Assembly (NCBI GenBank): GCA_963664435.2 | Contig: CAXXKM010000002.1 | Span: 512,001-576,000, forward strand | From: Longimicrobiales bacterium | GTDB lineage: Bacteria > Gemmatimonadota > Gemmatimonadetes > Longimicrobiales > Gaopeijiaceae | Direction of reading: 5' to 3' | DNA: 64,000 nucleotides | Shown here: in pieces, positions 21,680 through 30,448 of the stretch | Numbering within the stretch: the stretch's first letter is position 1 | Layout of the letters: the number at the start of each line of letters is the position of its first letter | The notes under the pieces: model-generated | The model's database searches: none | Seen by the model: the letters and a program-made list of their open reading frames with translations, nothing else | What the model was told of the DNA's origin: nothing | Position numbers and translations under genes: made by a program

Positions 21680-22147
21680 TCACCAGCGGGGAAACAGCCA
21701 GGAGAGCGCCTCTCCGATTTCCGGGTGGCGGATGGCGCCCCCGAGGTGCCCGGTCCAAGCCAGAACGTAGCTCAGGAGCAGGGTGCCAACCACCACGATT
21801 CCGTGCAGCCAGCGGGGCACCGGCTCCTCCTGCATCTCGCGCAGCGTCATCTGGAGCGCGGTCAACGCCAGCAGCACGAGGCCGAAGAAGGCCGCCCTGC
21901 CCAGCACGGCGTGCAGCTCCACCAGATCGCGCATCGGAGCCAGCTCGGTTTCCATCGCCTCGAAGGCGGTCGGACCGGAGAAGTAGGCGGGCACGCTTAC
22001 GACCGCAGAGGCTACCAGCAACCAGCGGCCGATGCGCGCGGAAGGGGTGTCGTGGCGCAACCGCGCGCAAAGGAAGAGCACGAGCGCGAGCGGGCACAGG
22101 ATGACCGGCAGGTGCACGGTGACCAAGTGGAGGTGGGCGGCGCTCAC
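21680..22147 (-). CDS. DUF2231-like membrane protein
   Basis: HLVTVHLP N-terminus, 4 TM segments, GHLGGAIRH C-terminus. Confidence 0.7.
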   Translation of the reverse strand: MSAAHLHLVTVHLPVILCPLALVLFLCARLRHDTPSARIGRWLLVASAVVSVPAYFSGPTAFEAMETELAPMRDLVELHAVLGRAAFFGLVLLALTALQMTLREMQEEPVPRWLHGIVVVGTLLLSYVLAWTGHLGGAIRHPEIGEALSWLFPRW

Positions 22148-22160
22148 GACCGCACCAAGT

Positions 22161-23069
22161 CTAGTTGCGGCCGGTCCCGACGGCCTCCGCCGCGGGAACG
22201 CCCGCGTCGACCGCTTCGAAGTCCAGCTCGCTGCCGCGCATGCTGTGCGGAATGAGGTAGACGACCGTCATGACGAGCGCGGCGACACCCACGGTCACGC
22301 GGCCCGGTCCGGCCTTCCGCTTCGGTTTCATCCCCAGCGCAAACGCCGCGGCGACCCACACCACCCACATGATGAGCAGCTTGTTGTCGGTCAGGTCGTA
22401 GCCCCAGGGGAAGCCGGTCCAGTACTCGCCGAAGGCGTACTTCTGGACGAACGGGCCCAGCACCAGGCCACCCACGGTCATCCCGATCAGGGTCACCCAG
22501 ACCAGGGTGCGGACGTTTCCGGGAGCAAAGAGCGCTCCCAGCCCCGTGCGCATGCCGATCAGCACGGTGAAGAACATCGCGATGACATGCGAGATCAGGA
22601 GCGGGGCGGGTACCGGATCCTTGTAGCGCAGGATGATGTTGGCGTCCCCGCCCTGCTCGGCCGGAATGCGCACCGCGCCGTCGGCGGTCTCCAGCTCCAC
22701 GTAGTACTCCATCTTGCCGGCCGCCGGCTGGACCGGCAGGTACGCCGCCAGCTCGGGACCATCCTCCCCCTCCTCCACCGCCATCTCCACCGTTGTGAAG
22801 TCGTCGCCGGTGGGGTAGCGCCGGTAGGTCATCGTGCCGCTGGCGCCCGCGCCCGGCCGGGGCAACGCTACCCGCGCACGCTCGATGGTCTCCTGGCTGC
22901 GCACCAGCTCGTAGCGGTACGCGTCGGCGCCCACCGCCACCTCGCCGCGCAGCGGATAGGTGGGCCCGGTGCGGCGCTGGTAGATCGCGGCTCCCGCCAT
23001 GATCAGCACCGCGCCGACCCAGAGCAGGGCGCCGCGCCAGCGGGAATGTCGGGCTTTATCCATCAGCAT
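22161..23069 (-). CDS. Hypothetical membrane protein
   Basis: YQRRTGPTYP, QKYAFGEYWTGFPWGYDLTDNK; sits in an operon with 1-bp spacing. Confidence 0.75.
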   Translation of the reverse strand: MLMDKARHSRWRGALLWVGAVLIMAGAAIYQRRTGPTYPLRGEVAVGADAYRYELVRSQETIERARVALPRPGAGASGTMTYRRYPTGDDFTTVEMAVEEGEDGPELAAYLPVQPAAGKMEYYVELETADGAVRIPAEQGGDANIILRYKDPVPAPLLISHVIAMFFTVLIGMRTGLGALFAPGNVRTLVWVTLIGMTVGGLVLGPFVQKYAFGEYWTGFPWGYDLTDNKLLIMWVVWVAAAFALGMKPKRKAGPGRVTVGVAALVMTVVYLIPHSMRGSELDFEAVDAGVPAAEAVGTGRN

Positions 23070-23070
23070 C

Positions 23071-23634
23071 TCACTCCGGCCACAGCCACCCGAAGGCGCC
23101 GCCCGTCAGCACGGCGTAGATCAGGCCGTCGAACATCGTCTTGAACGTGGTCGACCAGCTTCTGTGGAACCAGATGGAATGTATCGGCTCCCCGAGCGCG
23201 TAGCAGCAGAAGGTTACGGTGCCGGCAAGGCGGAAGACGGTCAGGTACTCGGCGCCCGGCGCGAGCATGCGGCCGGTCACGTAGGCCACGACCACCCCGA
23301 TCACGACGCAGTAGACGAACCACTGCCCGAGACTCCTGCCCATGCTGCTGAACGCGCCCGGATCCGCCACCGTCATGAAGGCGGCGGGTCCTTTCTTCAG
23401 CTTCGCCTGGTAGGCCTCGGATTTCATGGCCTCGGCGCTGTCCGCGTGCGGGATGAAGTAGTCACCCGGAGCGAGGTTGGCGGGCTGCAGCGCATCCAGC
23501 ACTTCGTCCTCGGCGTCGACCTTCGAGTAGTCGCTCTTGTGGTAGCCCAGGACCATGTGGATGATCGAGCTGCCGAAGAACACGAGGACGGCGGCGAGGA
23601 GAATCGGAAGCCAGAGGGCGAGAATGGGGACCAT
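23071..23634 (-). CDS. Hypothetical membrane protein
   Basis: Four hydrophobic helices; SD GGGAGG upstream. Confidence 0.75.
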   Translation of the reverse strand: MVPILALWLPILLAAVLVFFGSSIIHMVLGYHKSDYSKVDAEDEVLDALQPANLAPGDYFIPHADSAEAMKSEAYQAKLKKGPAAFMTVADPGAFSSMGRSLGQWFVYCVVIGVVVAYVTGRMLAPGAEYLTVFRLAGTVTFCCYALGEPIHSIWFHRSWSTTFKTMFDGLIYAVLTGGAFGWLWPE

Positions 23635-23806
23635 CTAACCTCCCAGGTCGGACTGCCAGGCAACGGAAACGGAAAATAAACCCGGCGCTCCCCGTCCGCC
23701 AAACCGGCGCCTGCGGCAACCCGGAGACCGGTCGCCCGCCGAGAAAGGCTGCCGGATGTCATCCGAGCGGTCGCCGAGCGGTCTCGCTCGCGCGCCCGGA
23801 GCCCGT

Positions 23807-25186
23807 TCAGCCGCCCTCAGCCTGGATCTCCGCCGCCACCCGCTGCACGTCGTCCAGCACGCGCAGAAGATTGCCGCTCCAGAGCATGCCGATCTCCTCC
23901 TCGGTGTAGCCGCGCCGGACCAGTTCCAGGGTGACGTTGAAGGTCTCCGAGGCGTCGTCCCACCCGGTGACGCCCCCGCCTCCGTCGAAGTCGGAGCTGA
24001 TGCCCACGTGCTCGAGCCCGATCAGGCCGACCATGTAGTCGATGTGGTCCACGAAGTCGGCGACATCGACCGGCGGCGTCACCGGCGCGACCTCCACGGC
24101 AATGCGCTCCGCCGCCGCGTCCTGGACCATGCGGAGTCCGGCCTGGTACTCCTCGCGCTCCTCCGGGCTCATCGCCTGCAGCGCCATGAAGAAGGCGCGC
24201 CCCCGGCCTCCGCCGATGATCTCGAAGTCCATCTCCTCGGCGACTTCCGCGAGGACCATCTGGGAGGCCTGCTGGTACGCCTGGTTCTTGGGCCCGTCCA
24301 CGTAGCCGCGGAAGGCCACGGTCTGGACCACGCCCCCGTTCTCCCGGAGCGCCATCAGCTGCTCATCGTCCAGGTTGCGGCTGTGGTCGTTGAGCGCGCG
24401 CGCCGAGGAATGCGAGGCCATCACCGGGGCCCGGCTCAGCTCGAACACCTCCATGTTGGCCTGCTTGGAGGGGTGCGAGATGTCGATCATGATGCCGACC
24501 CGGTTGAGTTCGGCCACCGCCTGCCGGCCCAGCTCGCTCAGCCCGTCGTGCAGCCAGTCGTCCAGCGCCTCGCCGGTGTTGGAGTCGGAGAGCTGGCTGT
24601 GCCCGTTGTGGGCGAGCGACAGGTAGCGCGCGCCCCTCTCCTGGAATTCCTGGATGCGGCCGATATCCTCCCCGATCGGGTATCCGTTTTCGACCCCGAT
24701 CATCGCCACGCTGCGCCCCTCGCCCGCGATGCGGCGCACGTCGTCGGAGGTGAGGGCCAGCCCGATCCGCTCGGGGGCGATCTCCTCGGTGAGGCGGTGA
24801 ACGGCGTCGAACTTGGCGACCGCCTGGTCGTAGGCTTCGGCGTACCCCTCCGGGCTCAGGTCGCCCTGCCCCACGTAGACGATGAACCACGCCACGTCCA
24901 GCCCGCCCGCTTCCATCTTGGGCAGGTTCACCTGGGTGGGCAGATCCATGGTGTAGTTGCGCTCGGCGGTGAAGTTGCCCGGATTGATGTCGGCGTGCGT
25001 GTCCAGAGTGATGACCCGCTCGTGGATGCCGCGGGCGCGTTCCATCAGCTCCGCGTCGGCTTCCGGCGCAGGCGCGTCGGCGTTGGCGCACGCGGTCAGG
25101 CCCAGCAGCAGAACGGCGGGAATCGCGTCGCGCGCGAAGTGAATGACGCTCTTCGGCGTGTGCCCTGTTGTGTGCCCTTCATGCAT
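23807..25186 (-). CDS. Membrane dipeptidase (peptidase M19), lipoprotein
   Basis: DTHAD, GVENG, LAHNG, DISH, SHS, SSDFDGG; lipobox LTAC. Confidence 0.92.
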   Translation of the reverse strand: MHEGHTTGHTPKSVIHFARDAIPAVLLLGLTACANADAPAPEADAELMERARGIHERVITLDTHADINPGNFTAERNYTMDLPTQVNLPKMEAGGLDVAWFIVYVGQGDLSPEGYAEAYDQAVAKFDAVHRLTEEIAPERIGLALTSDDVRRIAGEGRSVAMIGVENGYPIGEDIGRIQEFQERGARYLSLAHNGHSQLSDSNTGEALDDWLHDGLSELGRQAVAELNRVGIMIDISHPSKQANMEVFELSRAPVMASHSSARALNDHSRNLDDEQLMALRENGGVVQTVAFRGYVDGPKNQAYQQASQMVLAEVAEEMDFEIIGGGRGRAFFMALQAMSPEEREEYQAGLRMVQDAAAERIAVEVAPVTPPVDVADFVDHIDYMVGLIGLEHVGISSDFDGGGGVTGWDDASETFNVTLELVRRGYTEEEIGMLWSGNLLRVLDDVQRVAAEIQAEGG

Positions 25187-25273
25187 CGGTGCCTCCCCTG
25201 GCCGGCCGGATCTGGATGCCCGCCAAGTTAGCACGCGCGGGGGCGCCTCGCTCGCAAGCGCCTCCCTGGAGCC

Positions 25274-27874
25274 CTACGGATCCGGCTCGGAAATGCGCGC
25301 CACGATCACCCGGGCGGAGCTCGGAATGTCGTAGTAGAACGCGGCCCCGTTCCCGGCGCCGCGCGCGCGGAAATCGTGGATGCGGACGCCGCTGGCGCCC
25401 AGCCGGCCGCTGAAGGTGCGCGTTTCCGAAGTCGCCAGGGGCACGGCGATCGGCGCGAAGCCGTTGTCGGTGTCTTCCCCGACGGTGGTGACCGGCCAGG
25501 GGTAGAAGCCCGGCGGGTCGGGCTCACTGAAGACCTCCGCGGCGGTCGGAAAGTCGTAGGTGGTGAAGTGCGGCACACCGGCGCCCGCCACGCTCTCGCT
25601 GCCGGCAAAGGTCATGGCGACCGCGTGCTCGACGAGCAGCTCCTCCATCGGCCTGCCGGTGACGGCTTCGATGCCCGGGACCCCGGACGCGGTGAGCGAG
25701 TCATTGAGCACGCGCATGAAGCGCTCATCCGTCCCCGAGCCGCCGGTCCCCACCACCCAGTCGCGAAGGAAGCGATGGAAATGCCAGCCCGACCCGTACA
25801 CATCCCCCACCTCTCCATCTCCGTAATGGAAGGTCACCGCGCTCGAATCCGGCGCGAACGCCCACACCGTGCGCGCCATCGTGATGAAGACACCGTAGGC
25901 CTCGGCTCTGGCCGTGCCCCCCGTGGCTCGAATCGCTGAACGCAGATGGTCTGCCGTTACGCGATCGCTCATTGCGGGACCGCCCGCACGCTGCCAGGCC
26001 AGGCGCGACGACACCTCCTTGGCAATGTCGGCCGTGCCCTCCTCGATCCACAGGGGCTGGAACCCCGAGGAACCCCTTCTTCTGCGGGATGCCTTGTACA
26101 GCGAGCTCACGTGCTTCATCTCGTGTACGATCGTGCCGAGCGCCCAGTAGTCACCGCCGCCGATGTCAGCGATGCTCTCGCCGTCGACGTGGATCAGCTC
26201 CATTTCGTTCGACGCCGGACATGAGGTCCGCGAAAGCGTCATGTCGGCGGACCACACGTAGGCCCGGGTATTGCCGGGCAGTTCGGGACGGATGAGGACG
26301 TTAACGATGCCGTCTCCGTTCACGTCGCTCACGCCCGCGAAATAGCGTTGAATCACCTCTTCCCCGTAGTCGGCGTAGTAGTCGAGGATCTGCCGGACAT
26401 GATCGGGCGAAACGGATGTCTGGTATTCGTAGAAGGCGAGGTATCGGTTCTCGGCGACCAGCCTGGCGGTTACGGTGGAGTCGACGGTGCAGCTGCCGCC
26501 GAACGCGTCGCCGAGCCGGAAGGCCAGTTCCTCCGGCGCCCGCCCCCCCGCGGCCCCGCCACCAGCTGCCCGCGCCACCTGTTGCGAGAGGTCCGGGAGG
26601 ATGGGGAGAGGTCCTTCCGCCGACAGGCGCTCCATGAGCTCGACCTCGCTCCGGCGGAGGCGCGCGTGGGCCTCGGCGTAGTCGCGCTCGCGTTCGAGCA
26701 GGTCCTCCAGCCAGGGTCCCCCGATTGAGGTCGCCTCCTGCGGCGTACCCCGTGCGGGCGCCTGCGCGCTCGCCACCACCGCTGCGGACGGAGCTGTGAA
26801 GCTTCCCTCAACGCCGAGTTCCACGTCGTAGACGCGCGGATTCTCCGGCGTCTCCGTTCCCACCATGGTTACCCGGTAGTAGGCGCCGGCCCGCGGAGCG
26901 TGCACGAAGAAGCCGCACGCTCCGCGCTCGCCGGCCTCGAAGACCTGGTAGTCCCCTTCCTCGAGGCCCAGCGCACCCTCGCAAACTCGCAGGGACAGCG
27001 CCGCGTTCGCCCGTCTCCCCTGGGCATTGGTCACGGTGACGCGGAACTGCGTGAAGCCTGTGGCGGTCGGAGTCCCGGTGATCAGCCCGTTGCTCGTGAA
27101 GGCGAGCCCTTCGGGGAGACGCGTTCCCCCTTCGAGGCTCCACACGAGACCCTCGGTCGTGCCGCCGCGCGCGGTCAGCTGCTGCGCATAGGGGATGGCG
27201 ACGCGGCCGGTCTGCAGCGACTCGGTTGCGATGAAGAGGTCGGCGGCGCCCACAAAGTCGTGCTCGAGGCGCTGCCCCGTGGACAGGGTCCGGGTGAAGC
27301 TGGTCGCATCGAAGGCGAACCCCCCCGTGGTCGCCAGCGATACCGTGTACTCCCCCGGCCGAAGCGCCACGAACTCGTAGCGGCCAGCGGCGTCCGTCGT
27401 GTCCGCGGACTCCTCCAGGCCGGTCATGCGAAGCGCGATGCCTCCCACCGGTTCCGGCTGACTGCCCTGGGTCACGGCCAGCACCCTGCCCATGATGGCC
27501 GAGGTGCGCAGATACTCGCCCGGGAAGTCGGCGCGCAGCTGCTGCCCGGCGGACGAGATGGTGACGGACGCGGTCGTCCGCGAGAAGGTCACGTCGTTGG
27601 GGATCCCGCTCGCCAGCGTGACGGTGTGCGAACCCGCGGGCACGGAGACGAACTGGAAGCCGCCGTCCGCGCCCGTCGCGGTCGACTGGGCGGTCCCGCC
27701 GCTCAGCGACACCAGCACGCCCGGAAGCGGCGCGCCTTCGACCGTGACCTGGCCAATGACCGTGCCGGTCACAGGGGATGGCGGCGGGGCCGGATCGACC
27801 GTGCCGCCGTCTCCGCCGCAAGTCGCGGCGGACAGCCCGGCAAGCATCGCCGCCGGAAACCCTCGCAGTGTCAT
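25274..27874 (-). CDS. Exported protein with carboxypeptidase-regulatory-like and Ig domains plus a zincin (HEXXH) metallopeptidase domain
   Basis: Signal ending AATC, TGADGGFQF / TDAAGRYEF beta-sandwich repeats, LPEGL..GLITGTPT Ig, HEMKH...WIEEGTA. Confidence 0.8.
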   Translation of the reverse strand: MTLRGFPAAMLAGLSAATCGGDGGTVDPAPPPSPVTGTVIGQVTVEGAPLPGVLVSLSGGTAQSTATGADGGFQFVSVPAGSHTVTLASGIPNDVTFSRTTASVTISSAGQQLRADFPGEYLRTSAIMGRVLAVTQGSQPEPVGGIALRMTGLEESADTTDAAGRYEFVALRPGEYTVSLATTGGFAFDATSFTRTLSTGQRLEHDFVGAADLFIATESLQTGRVAIPYAQQLTARGGTTEGLVWSLEGGTRLPEGLAFTSNGLITGTPTATGFTQFRVTVTNAQGRRANAALSLRVCEGALGLEEGDYQVFEAGERGACGFFVHAPRAGAYYRVTMVGTETPENPRVYDVELGVEGSFTAPSAAVVASAQAPARGTPQEATSIGGPWLEDLLERERDYAEAHARLRRSEVELMERLSAEGPLPILPDLSQQVARAAGGGAAGGRAPEELAFRLGDAFGGSCTVDSTVTARLVAENRYLAFYEYQTSVSPDHVRQILDYYADYGEEVIQRYFAGVSDVNGDGIVNVLIRPELPGNTRAYVWSADMTLSRTSCPASNEMELIHVDGESIADIGGGDYWALGTIVHEMKHVSSLYKASRRRRGSSGFQPLWIEEGTADIAKEVSSRLAWQRAGGPAMSDRVTADHLRSAIRATGGTARAEAYGVFITMARTVWAFAPDSSAVTFHYGDGEVGDVYGSGWHFHRFLRDWVVGTGGSGTDERFMRVLNDSLTASGVPGIEAVTGRPMEELLVEHAVAMTFAGSESVAGAGVPHFTTYDFPTAAEVFSEPDPPGFYPWPVTTVGEDTDNGFAPIAVPLATSETRTFSGRLGASGVRIHDFRARGAGNGAAFYYDIPSSARVIVARISEPDP

Positions 27875-28012
27875 CAAGTGTATCTCCGAATGACGGCTTG
27901 CCTGCAGAGTGTGGAATACGTGACGAAAGCGGCGCTCCCGCCCATTCGTTCTTACCTCAAGGTACTCATTCGTGCCCCGGCGCGCGCGCGGATCCGGGAA
28001 TGGGAGCGGCCG

Positions 28013-28957
28013 TCAGGCCCACCCCGTCCGAGTGGCCGACTCGGTCACCGTGAGGGTGGCCGAATCCGCGTCCAGGCGCGCGTTGGCGAGCACGGGGATG
28101 GTGCAGTTGTGCTCGGTATGGCCGAAGGGAAGGCCGGCAACCGCGGGCACGCCGAGTCGCACGGCCAACTCGGCGAGCACGGCGGCCATGTGGCCCGCCC
28201 CCTCGCGCACTCCGGTGAACCGGCCGAAGGCGAGCCCCGCGACGCCGTCGAAGGCACCGGCCCGAAGGAGTTGGTGCAGCATCCGGTCCACTCGGTAGGC
28301 GGGCTCGCCCACGTCTTCCAGAAACAGGATGCGGCCGCGGGCGAGGATGGCGTCCCGCGATCCGCACAGCGACGCCAGGATCGCGAGGTTGCCGCCGATC
28401 AGCCTCCCCTTCGCGGTCCCGCCGACAAGCCGGTGGGGAGCGGGGTCGTCGGGCCGGGACGGCAGCCGCCCGGAAGCTTCGCCGGAGAAGAGCGCGGCGC
28501 GGAAGGAAGCCTCGGTTTCCGGGGGAAAGTCGGCCCCGGGATGCGGCCCGTGGAAGGAGATGACACCCGCGCGGGCATGCAGGGCATGGAGGTTGGTATT
28601 GTCGCTGAAGCCGATGAAGGGAATGGGCGCGCGACGCTGACGGGCGAGATCCAGCCCGTCGAGGATGCGCAGCGTCCCGTACCCGCCCCGGAGCGCCCAC
28701 ACCGCGTCGGTCGCCGGGTCGTCGAAGGCTGCCTGCAGGTCCGCGAGGCGCTCGTCGTCGCTTCCCGCCAGGTAGCCCCGCCGGCGGGTCGCCGCCGGAT
28801 ACACGATCGGTTCCAGGTCGAGCTTCCGGCAGCGTTCGAGAGCCTTGTCGAGGACACCGGGCTGGAGCGGTCCCGCGGGAGCCACCAGCGCCACGCGCGA
28901 GCCGGGGCGAAGCGCCCGCGGCCGGAGCGGAGGGGGGGCGGAGTCGCGGAAGGTCAT
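28013..28957 (-). CDS. ldcA: Muramoyltetrapeptide LD-carboxypeptidase (S66)
   Basis: RGGYG, GFSDNT (catalytic Ser), GGNL, LEDVGE, FGH. Confidence 0.93.
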   Translation of the reverse strand: MTFRDSAPPPLRPRALRPGSRVALVAPAGPLQPGVLDKALERCRKLDLEPIVYPAATRRRGYLAGSDDERLADLQAAFDDPATDAVWALRGGYGTLRILDGLDLARQRRAPIPFIGFSDNTNLHALHARAGVISFHGPHPGADFPPETEASFRAALFSGEASGRLPSRPDDPAPHRLVGGTAKGRLIGGNLAILASLCGSRDAILARGRILFLEDVGEPAYRVDRMLHQLLRAGAFDGVAGLAFGRFTGVREGAGHMAAVLAELAVRLGVPAVAGLPFGHTEHNCTIPVLANARLDADSATLTVTESATRTGWA

Positions 28958-30411
28958 CCGCGCGCCCCGCGCCTGGTGTCCAACTCGGCCAGAAGCTGCT
29001 CGTGGATGCCCCCGAAGCCCCCGTTGGACATGATCAACACGACATCGCCCGGGCGCGCTCCGCGGACGACGCGGCGCACGATGGCGTCGACGTTCGGTTC
29101 GTAGTCGGCGTCGACGCCCCGGGCGCGCAGCGACGCGATCAGCTGCCGGGGGTCCAGGCGGGTCGCGTCATCGTAGCGCTCGGGTCGGAAGAGCCCGGCC
29201 ACGATGGCGTGGTCGGCCAGGGCGAGCGCCGCCCCGTAGGCTTCCTGGAATTCGCGCCGCTGGGCGGTGTAGCTGCGGGGTTCGAAGACGGCGATCAGCC
29301 GTCGGCCCGGGAACCGTTGCCGCGCCGCTCCCAGGGTCGCCGCGACCGCGGTGGGGTGGTGCGCGAAGTCGTCCACCACGGTGACGCCCCCCGCCTCCCC
29401 CCGAACTTCCATGCGGCGGCGGACGCCCCGGAAGGTATGCAGGCCCTCGCGGATCGCGTCCCATTGCGCGCCCGCCGCGGCCGCCGCCGCCAGCGCCGCG
29501 AGGGCGTTCAGGACGTTGAAATCCCCCGCGAGCTCCATCTCCACCTCCCCCAGCACCTCGCCGTCCCGCCGGACCGCGAAGCGGGTGCAGGCCTCGCCGT
29601 AGCGTATGCGCTCCGCCCGCCAGCGCGGATGCGAAGGCTCGCCCCCGGCCATCGCCTCCGGCGCCATCTCCCTCCCCGAATCGCCGATGCCGAAGGACTG
29701 AACCGGCGCGCGCGAGATCCCGAGCATCCCGCGCAGCACAGGGGAGTCCCAGCCCGCCACCAGCGTGCCTGCCCGCGGAACCAGGTTGATGAAGCGCTCG
29801 AAGGCGAACCGGTACGAGATATCGTCCCGGAAGATGTCCGCGTGGTCGAACTCGACGTTGGTCACCACCGCCGTCCAGGGCAGGTAGTGCCACATCTTGG
29901 GGCCCTTGTCGAAGTACGCGGTGTCGTACTCGTCGGCCTCGATGACGAAGAACTCGGAGTCCGTGAGCCGGAACGAGATGCCGAAGTTCTCCGCGATCCC
30001 TCCGATCAGAAACGAAGGGGCGAGCCCCGCCGCCTCGAGCAGCCATGCCACCAGGCTCGCGGTGGTGGTCTTGCCGTGCGTGCCCGCCACCGCCAGCACA
30101 TGGCGGCCTTCCAGAAACTCGCCCTTGATCACGGCTGCGGCCGACGCATGGCGCAATCGCCGGTCGAGCACCTCCTCGAGCTCCGGGTTCCCGCGGCTGA
30201 TCGCATTGCCCACCACGACCACGTCCGGAGCGGCGGCCAGGTTGTCCGGGTGGTACCGGGCCGCGTACTCGATGCCCAGATCGTCGAGCATCAGCGACAT
30301 GGGAGGATAGACCCCCTGGTCGGAGCCGGTCACCCGGTGGCCCTTCGCGCGCAGCAGACCGGCGAGCGAAGCCATCGCCGTGCCCGCGATGCCGATCAGG
30401 TGATAGTGCAT
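28954..30411 (-). CDS. mpl: UDP-MurNAc:tripeptide ligase (murein peptide ligase)
   Basis: GIAGTAMASLA, YPPMS, GTHGKTTT, EADEYDTAYFDK, DDFAHHPTA, MSNGGFGG. Confidence 0.93.
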   Translation of the reverse strand: MHYHLIGIAGTAMASLAGLLRAKGHRVTGSDQGVYPPMSLMLDDLGIEYAARYHPDNLAAAPDVVVVGNAISRGNPELEEVLDRRLRHASAAAVIKGEFLEGRHVLAVAGTHGKTTTASLVAWLLEAAGLAPSFLIGGIAENFGISFRLTDSEFFVIEADEYDTAYFDKGPKMWHYLPWTAVVTNVEFDHADIFRDDISYRFAFERFINLVPRAGTLVAGWDSPVLRGMLGISRAPVQSFGIGDSGREMAPEAMAGGEPSHPRWRAERIRYGEACTRFAVRRDGEVLGEVEMELAGDFNVLNALAALAAAAAAGAQWDAIREGLHTFRGVRRRMEVRGEAGGVTVVDDFAHHPTAVAATLGAARQRFPGRRLIAVFEPRSYTAQRREFQEAYGAALALADHAIVAGLFRPERYDDATRLDPRQLIASLRARGVDADYEPNVDAIVRRVVRGARPGDVVLIMSNGGFGGIHEQLLAELDTRRGARG

Positions 30412-30448
30412 GGCTCCCCTGGAAACCTGGATGCGTCCCTGCCGCGCA

